From: a virus
Taxonomy: Duplodnaviria > Caudoviricetes
DNA: 25,411 nucleotides
Strand: one strand, 5' to 3'
Virus record (IMG/VR): IMGVR_UViG_3300048577_000152
Span: 1 to 25,411 of that record
A program made the translations under genes and the position numbers. Below the pieces are notes generated by a model that made no database searches, was not told the DNA's origin, and was given only the letters and a program-made list of their open reading frames with translations. Positions 1 to 9,000 of this stretch are shown one piece after another (positions within the stretch are counted from its first letter, which is position 1; each line of letters opens with the position of its first letter).

Positions 1-3000
1 CTTTTTCCTTGATCCCACGTTCATACCCGTTGTATATGTTGTTCCACACGTCAAAGTTAATCCCCGTATAGAACTTCATGAAATACTTGCTTGTGGCCAA
101 CGCCATCTCGCTGTTAAGATAGCCCTCGTCCTTGGCTATTTTTGACAACTCGTTGTAAGCTCTTGTTATTTCACCGCCCATCAGGTCTTTTGGCTCGTAT
201 CCCTCAAGGGTGGAAACTATCGTGCTTCCCAGCAGCATGTTTTTAACAGGACTCAAGGCAAGCGACTTGTACATTTCCGCTTGTTCCTCATCGTCATCGT
301 CTCCAGTTCCCCAAAGAGCCTTGTCGGCCAAGTCCCATATTGTGTTCAGCATAAACCCGAACACCAGTATGTTCAGCACAGCGCGCCCGTCAGCATCCAG
401 CACTGTTTTCAATGCTTCGCTCTTGGCTTTTTCCTCGCTCATCCCCGATCCTGTTTTCTGAGCCACCAGGTTGTCATACTGTTTTTTGCTCCTTGCCACC
501 TGCATCATCCCTTCCACATGCTTGCGCAGGAACCCGAAGCTGGCATTCATAAATGTGGTCAGTCCCCTGGCAAACAGCGTGTCCGATTTCTGTATAGGCG
601 AAAGGTATGCGTCTTCCGCACTTTGCTGCGTTTCGTTGGCGGCTATCGAAGCATCAAATATGGCTCTTTCGTGAGCTTCACGTTCATCTATCCCTTGTTT
701 TTTGTACAAGCCTTTCTTGTAGTCGTACACCGCCTTGGCCCCCGCCGACACAGCCACTGCATCTACCCACTGGTTGGGTTTCATCCCCACCGATATAAGC
801 GAATTGAAGAAATCGTCCATTTGCACCCCGTATTTGCCAAGCACCTTGCGCTTGCCTTTCACTTGCTCGCTGGTCGCCCATTCTCCGGCAAGCAGCTTTT
901 CGTTACCGAACACTCCCGAACTAACCCTTTCCTTAAACCCCGGCAGGTTTTCCACCGCCCACACATAATTCCTGTAATACATGTAAGGCAATATGTTGTT
1001 GGCCACGCGCGCCTGATACATGGGGTCCAGGCTGTACGACATGAACGCAGGGTAGCCAAGGAATTGCTTCAATGCGGTATTTATCCGGAACGCGATCGCT
1101 CCCCCGGCAAGTCTACGGTTGATGTTTCCGGCAAGCGTTTCTTCGGGCATAGCTTTTTGCCTGACAGCACGCAAAGCTATCTGTGCCGATTCCTTCAGTT
1201 TCTTGAAGGCGGTCCTGTCGCTGGCTTCCACAAGGTTTTTAAAATAGTTGTTGCTCAGCAAGGCGTTCATGTCCTTGCGCAACTGGGCGTATGCGCTCCA
1301 TTCCTCCATTTCCTGACCGTTTTTCATCAGCAGGTCAAAGGCGTTCGCATTCAATGCAATGTCCTTTTTGTTTTTTACCCGGTTGATGATTGCACCCGTC
1401 ATCGTGCTCGGCAAACCGTAGTTCACTTCCTGCCCTATCTCCACCTCTTCCACGTGCTGTTTCTCGTCATATTTCAATGGAAAATAGTTTTTTACTTCCG
1501 CCATCGAAGTACCGAACACCCGCTTGTGCGTGTCGTTGTATTCCACCCTTCTTGACGGCAGGAATTCTTGTTGCACCCAGTCGGCATAGCGAATGTATTT
1601 TTCACCCAGCGTTTGTTTGACCGATTCCATCACCGTCTCGTCCACCAGCATGTTTTCAAGCTTTTCCCTGCCTTCCACTTGTTGCCAGGTCATGTACAGG
1701 TACATCAGTTCGCCTTTGGTCATCTGAGCGGCGGCCATCACGGGAACCAGTTCGCCATTTTCCCCGTTCTTGTCAAACAATTTGTAGCTTACCTCAACCC
1801 CGCTGTCCTTGCGGCTGTCAGCCACCACGTCTTTAAATTTCTTGCCAAATATCTCCTCGGCCTTGGCAGCAGATTCCCGCTTGAAACTGTCCCATCCCGT
1901 GTAATATTTTTCTTTGGCTGCCGTCACGCTGTTTTCGGGAGACCTCATGAACCGGTTGTACATCGGCCCTTCCCCCACCACATTGTTACGGTCTATGTAT
2001 TTCAACATGAAATTGAAGCTTCCAAGGGGAGACAGCAGGAATTCCTTGATCCCGTTGTGCCGCACCACATCTTTCACCCGTTCCCAGTTGTTTGTGTTTT
2101 TTTCTTCCGCCTGCGTTTTTATCCGCTTGTCCTTCACGGCGGCAATAGCTTCCCCGGCTATCTCGTTCTTGCGTTCCGTTTCCGCCGCTTTCCATTCCGT
2201 CATGCGGCTGCGGCCAAGCTCTATCAGGTCGGTAAATTCGGTGATCAGTTCCATCTGCATGGCTTCCAGTTCTTTTTGACCTTCCATCACAGCCTCCCAT
2301 TTCCATTTGTCCGGATTTTCCTGGTTGAAGTCCGCAGGGCTTGTTTCCTGAATTGCCTTGATGTCGGCATCCTTGTCCTGCAAGTCCTGCAGTTTTCCCA
2401 ACAGGTCTATGGCTACCAGTCGCCTTCCGTCACCTTCGTCAAACACATAGTTTTCGCTTGTTTGAGCCAGTTCTATTTCTTTTTTCATCTCACCCAGTTT
2501 TTCGCGGCTCACCTTACGGTTGTCACGCACAAACTGTATGATTTCACGTGTCCCTTCGTCCACGTTCTTGGCCACAGACACTCCCCGCTTGTTTTTGCCT
2601 TGTATTTCAAAGTATCGGTTGTATGCGTTAATTCCCGACAAAAGGTGGAAAATATCCTTGTCAATTTTTTCCTTGTTGCCTTCCGTCAGGTCGTTGTTGG
2701 CTTTCAATGTAGAATCCAACTCGTATATTGCGTACGTGTTCACTATTTTCCCGTGTATCAGCCCGCTGAGTATATCGTTGTTCTTGCGAAGTATTATCCG
2801 CATGATAGCTTGGTTCACCGACTTCACTGCACTTTTCAGGCTACCGGTCGATGTGGCTGTCTCCAATTTATTTATCAATGCCTTGAAATCCCGCTCGCTC
2901 ATCATGTCCACCACATCTTTGCCCACGTAGGCCCGCACATAGTCGGTGATGTCCTGCGCCGCTTTTTTTATTTTAGGTAGGTTTTCCTGCTGTTTCTTCT

Positions 3001-6000
3001 TGTTTTTTATTGAACGTACCACCGCCACTAGGTCTTTCGGGTCAACCGCCAATTCTTCCGTGTTTTCCACCCCGGCCAAATTTTCCACGTCCGACACTAT
3101 TTGTTGCACCCGTTTCAATTCTTCCGCATCATTCACATACGGCATGTCTTCCTCCGTAAGCTTCTCACGCCCTTCCTTTTCAATTTCCATCGCCTTGATG
3201 CGTCGCATTTCTGCTTGATAATCTTCACGCATTTTTACCATGTCTCGGAGTTTTTCGGCATCTTTTATCTTTGCCCTTATCTTTTCAGCCATCAGCTCCA
3301 GTTCGTCCCGTTGCTTCCTGTACGACGCCTCGCTCACTTCCTTGTTGGCCAATGCCTGTTCCAAGTCCGACAGTTTGTTCTCAACCCCATACTTCAGGCT
3401 GTTGTTAAGCCTACGCAATTCCTGCTCGTCTTCGTTTTCCTGCGGCGGCACCGCCTGCATCCGTATGTTCTGGTTATATTCGTCCACCTCACGCGCATAG
3501 TCCCCAAGGCTTTTTACCGGCGTGTATTCGGGTTTGGAGGAAGGAGCTATTTGAAAACGGGTGGTATTTATTTCCCCTGCTCCTTCGTCAAATGCCTCTA
3601 TGTATTCCATTGACGGCTTTTTTTCGCCAAAATTGAAGGGATTTCCCCATTTGTCATAATCGGTAGGTTCAGTCCATTCGTAATAAAACGCACCTCCTTC
3701 AAGCGATTTTTGGTAAATATTTGACCGTGGGTTTTGTCCCGCTTTGCTAAATACATCAAAGTTTTGATAAGTCCTATTATTTTTTTTGAAAACAAGTCCG
3801 TCAAAATTAGATTTTATTCGTTCCCACTTGTCTGCAGATTCTTGTTCACGTTTACGATATTTTTTTTCCGCTTCTTCTCGTGAAGCATATATTTTTTCAT
3901 ATTTTTCTTTTGCAACCTTAGCTTCATTCACTAAAAATTCCACAGGGGTATTGTAATAAAAGAATGATTCGTTCAATATCCTGTGCGTTGAAAGAACACT
4001 ATGGTCTGAAATCCTGAACTTTAAATTATATGGTCCTTGGATGTAAGTTGACACGCCAAAATCCGTAATACTTCTTGATATACTAAAACCGTCCAATCCT
4101 TCTTTTTTAAAAGCATCCAATACCGTTTTTGCTTTTTCAAACTGTTTGTCAGATTCTTCTTGTTGCCAATCTTTTTTAGCCTGCATACGTATATCAGCAT
4201 TCCCCCCGTCAAATGTACCTTGGTTTCCTGTTGCCGATTTGATCTGGGTCGGGGAGAAAACAACATATTGAGGAATATTCTCTGTGGTGGAATATCTTTT
4301 TTTAGCAAATGAAATGTTTGGCATATAGAATCCATCAAATCCAGATTCTTGTGTATTTTGCCTACTTTCTTTCCGAAGCAATTCATCCGCGCCTATAAAT
4401 TTTTTATCGAGCGAAAATTGTTTTCCTTTTTGTATTTCTTTCCAATTTCTCATATTAAGAAAAACTGGCATTGTATTTTGCCCATATTTTTCAGATATAC
4501 TTAATGATGGAGTGAAGAAAAATCCATATCCATTTGCTATCGTTGTCCTCAGGCCTTCAGTTATCAAATCCTTAAACTCACTAAACTCAGCATTTGTTCC
4601 ATGGTATACCACCATCGGTTCCCCGTTCTCATCCACCACTTTTGAGGCATTCCCCGGATCTTCCTGCCAATCTCCGAACCATTTCTTGAACGCATCGGTA
4701 CGCACCTGAAGCCACTGCCTTTCATTCAGATTAGTAGGTTTTCCGTTCGGTGCTTTCATGAATGTTCCGTCTGAAATGGATCTTTTCTTGATTTTTTCAA
4801 GTTCCAAATCATAATCCTGAGCATTAATTTCATAGTTGGCACGGTCCATCTGGTTCATCAGCACAATCTGATCTTCAGGTGCAACATCGGCGGTTTCTGA
4901 AAGTAAAATACTACGCCGTTCTTCCGGGGTCATGTCCATACGAGACTGAACATTACGAGACTCTACTTCCCCCGCAGTTTTGAAGTATTGTTCGTAAGGG
5001 CTTCCTTTTTTACCTGAATCAACATAGTATTCATAGTTGTCCATAAATGTTTCCTTATTCATATCGGAATACATATCTCGTAAACCATTAATAAGGAGTT
5101 TCCCTTCATTTATATCCGAAGCAAATACACTTCTATAACCTGAAAAACGCTCATCATTTAATATATGCCCAATATTCTCATATTTGTCCCCATCAAGCAG
5201 CTTTACATTCAAGTCAAAATCTTTATATGCAAGCGAAAGAGGGGATGGATCAGTAAATTGTTTCTCATTCGCACCACGTGCAAAACCTTCAATACGCTGT
5301 ATAACATGTTGTATTTCGTGTAAAAGTGTGGATTTGTCTGAAATTCTATATCCTTGGACTTTACGATCGCCATATAATTTGGAAACATTATCCTCTAATG
5401 CCTCATATTCTCTTACCACCGGATGCTCATCAAGATATTTTTCAATTTCCTGATCATTACCGTTATAGTTGTCAATCATTTGCTGATAAACTTCTACATC
5501 CTTATGATCTTGCAATTGACGCATCCTGTCTTGCAATTTTTCTATTTTCGTTTGATTAGAATTATCTTTTACAGGGGAGAATTTATTGCTATTTAAACCA
5601 ATAATATTTGTTACTGCACTATAAAATCCAGATGTACCTCCGTAATCTTCCGAAACAACAGTTTCTTTTAATATAGGATAAGCCTTAAATAATTCTTCAT
5701 CATCAATTATGTCGGTAAGAGAGGTGACTATCTGATCGTTTTTATTTTTTTGTAATACGACATCCCGCATTTTAAAATCAGGCACCTCATATCGCCACAA
5801 TCCGTCTACCCCTTTTTCCCATCCGGTAGCCAAACGAATGCTTTTTGCGTCTTTATTTTGCGAATACATCTCTTTGGCTACATTAAGATCATTAACAACT
5901 GTTTCTGTATCAGATATACGGGACGCTCCTATTTCTCCAATAATACGGTAACGTTCATTTTTTAAATTGTTGGAATCATCTTCATTTTTTCGGGAAGAAG

Positions 6001-9000
6001 ATCCTGTTTCCGTAAGATTCTTACCACCCAATAATTCACCAAGTGACCTTTTGGCAAATTGGTTTACCCTGGCATCCGTGTTTCCAAATACATTTGCTTT
6101 CACCCATTCTAATAACTTGTTCACGGCATCCATAACACGAGCAAATAAGCCGATGTCATGGCCCATAATATCGCGTACCTGGTTATTCGATTTTCCAGAA
6201 TTTCCCAATATTGTATTGAATAACTCATCAGCCTTTTGATCATCCGTTTTTAGGTTATAATAGGCTGGGTTGTTTTCCAATTCTGACCAGCCAGGAGTCT
6301 GTTTTAGGAGTTTAGTAATCTCTCCCCGCCTTTTTTCCGGGGTTATATTCCAAAGAAGATGGCCGAATTCATGTATCGGCGTGTTGGCGTTCATCCTGTT
6401 CGGGTCAAGGTAGATCGTCCCGTCCGCCGTCGCAAAACCATACACCTCACCGGCTGGGGTGGACATCATTCTTACGGGTGCATATTGGCCCTCTCCTTCA
6501 TCAATCCATGCAACATCTGTAAGTTTTATAACTTTTGAATATATTTTCCCCCCGCCAGCATAACTTTCCGCATTCATCTGCGAAGGGGTGACAAATGACC
6601 CCTTGCGTATCGGTTTGCTCGAATATACGGTCATTTCCCCTTTTTCCAAAGCCGAACGCATGTCGTCTGTACTGAAGTCCGGATACATTGCCCCATCGGC
6701 AAAAGCCACGCCAAAAGCTTCTTCCGCAAAAAGTATGTCGCTTACGTCACGTATCCAAGTATTGTAACTGTTAGGTGCCGGATTGTATTTTATAACAGTG
6801 GCCAATTGCTTTTCTTTTAGTGTCGCAGAACCATTTTCCTTTTTAGGGGACTTCGGTTTTTCCACCTGCATCCTTGGTTTCAACAATCCTCCAAAATGCC
6901 TGTCAAGATACTCACGCATCTTCCCCTCATCCATCACCACGTCCTTGGCAAGGCCCGTTTGTTTCAGCCTGTCAATCAATTTCTCAAGCTCGGGGGTAAC
7001 TTCATTCCTATCTTTTGAATTTTGTAATTCTGTCCGCAACCTTTCCTGCTCACCCAATTCCACTGGTTGAATCTTTTCCACACCTTCCGGCATTTTCCCA
7101 CTGCTAACTGCTAACTGATCACTGCTCACTGCACTTGGTGTCCCCACATACTCCGCAAACGCCTTCCTCTGCCTTGCCCCGTCATACAGCCATTTCTTGA
7201 AGCTATCCACATCCACGGGCGTGATCGCACCGAACCCTTGCCAATCCGCATCGTAATTTTCCATATACGCCGCCTTGGCTTCCTCAAGCGTTTCATATCC
7301 CAGCATCACTTTAGATTCATCAAACTCACCCGTGGACGGATTCACCTGATCCACCACAAATACAGTCCCGTTCCAATCTTCCGGCGTTCCTTCCTTCACA
7401 AACACATCGATATGGTCGCCGTCTTTTCCGGTAGTGCGGGTGAAGTACCCGTAATGCGATTTCATCTTATGTTCCCAAGCCTTCCCGTCCTCATCCGTAC
7501 CCGAACGAACAGAACCAACAGGATTTTCTATCGAAATATCCATCCTGTTCACCTGCACATGCGCTTTCTTGTAGTTTCCAGCCGCTTTCTGCGCCTCGGT
7601 TGGATCGGTGTTCGGTTGCTGCTCTTCTATTTGCCTGTCAATCCCTACACCCGTTATTTCGGGGGTATCATTACCTTGTGATTCTGTCTGCAAATTATTT
7701 TGTAAACCCTGTGATTCTTTCTGAGAATCATTTTCCGGCATCACCTTCCCCAGCATAGATCGTACCATGAACTCCGCATCATTCAAGTCCGGATACTGCG
7801 AAGCAACTTTTTCCGCCATCGCCCGCACAAGATCTTGCAGCGACACGCCCATTTCCCCGGCCTTCCTGCCCACGGCACTCAACACTGCCTGCTGGTATTC
7901 GTTCGGAGTTCCACGCATTTCCTGCAAGGTGGATTTAGCACTTCCCGCCAGTTCGTCCAAGCTTTCCGAATTTTCCACAAAGTTCACCTGCATGGCCGTG
8001 TCACGAAGGTCTGACACGTCGTCCAGCACGCCGTAGTATCCCCCAGATTCTTTCTCCGCTTCCGTTTTTCCTTCAAAAGCCCTGTCCTGAGCCTTCAACG
8101 CCCGCAAGTTCTTGTCCGAAAGCTGTAGCAATTCTTCCGAAGTCATTTCCGACAACGGTTTTTCGGGTTCTACCAAACGGGGATACCTTTCAATAACTGG
8201 ATTAGCGGAGAAAGATGATCCGGTTACCGCATTTCCTTGAGTCGCATCAGGCAAACCAGTATTTTCCGGCAAATTTTCAGATGTTGGATTTAAATCTGGC
8301 AATTCTGCCTGCGTATCATTTTGTAAATCTTGTGATTTTGTCTGGGAATTATTTTCCCGAACCACATTATTCTCCAATCCTTGCGATTCTTCCTGCGAAT
8401 ATAATCCTTCCACATTATCCCAAAAAGCAACCTGTTCCTGTGCTTTCTTTTCCGCCCGTTTCCTGGCTATGATATCTTTTTTTTTACCTGCTTGTTCCAA
8501 TTCCGCCACAGCTTCCTTTCGTTTCTCGGCAACTATTTCCGGCACATCCTCACCAAATTCAAGAGTCAGCGCATCCAAATACATTTTTGGATTGCTTATT
8601 TGCCCGTAATCTATTTCCCCTTCTTTATTCACAGGAAAAACTGGCTTTTCTTCACTCACTTCGGTGGAAGGCTGGGGTGTGGCTTGTGCTTCATCCGAAG
8701 GCTGCACTTCCGCAGGTGCATCCACCACTTCCCCAAACCCGTAATTCCCAATTTCGCCAGCAGGCACCTCAGCCACGTTTATCTCACCTGTCTGTCGGTT
8801 TTCCACCTGCACCACGTATGTGCCGTCAGGACGCACGTCCTGTATGGCCGTCACACTGCCGTCAGGAAGCATCCCTTTGTCTCCAGCCTGAAACTGTTGG
8901 AAGTTCACTGCTGGCTGTGGACCGTTGACTGCTAACTGAAACGCTTCTTCCTCTGCGGCAAACCGCTGCCTCAACGCTTCCAACTGCTGCTCCACCCCAT

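Noticed and set aside
210-3613. Long plus-strand ORFs (281-1555, 1568-2980, 3101-3613 and others)
   Set aside because: They are antisense shadows of the giant minus-strand gene, with implausible F/H/V/L-rich composition and no motifs.
3598-4386. Minus-strand ORFs 3598-3804 and 4021-4386, which could suggest separate genes or a frameshift
   Set aside because: They are in an alternative frame. The main frame stays open here and carries the recognisable ART and RISDH motifs.
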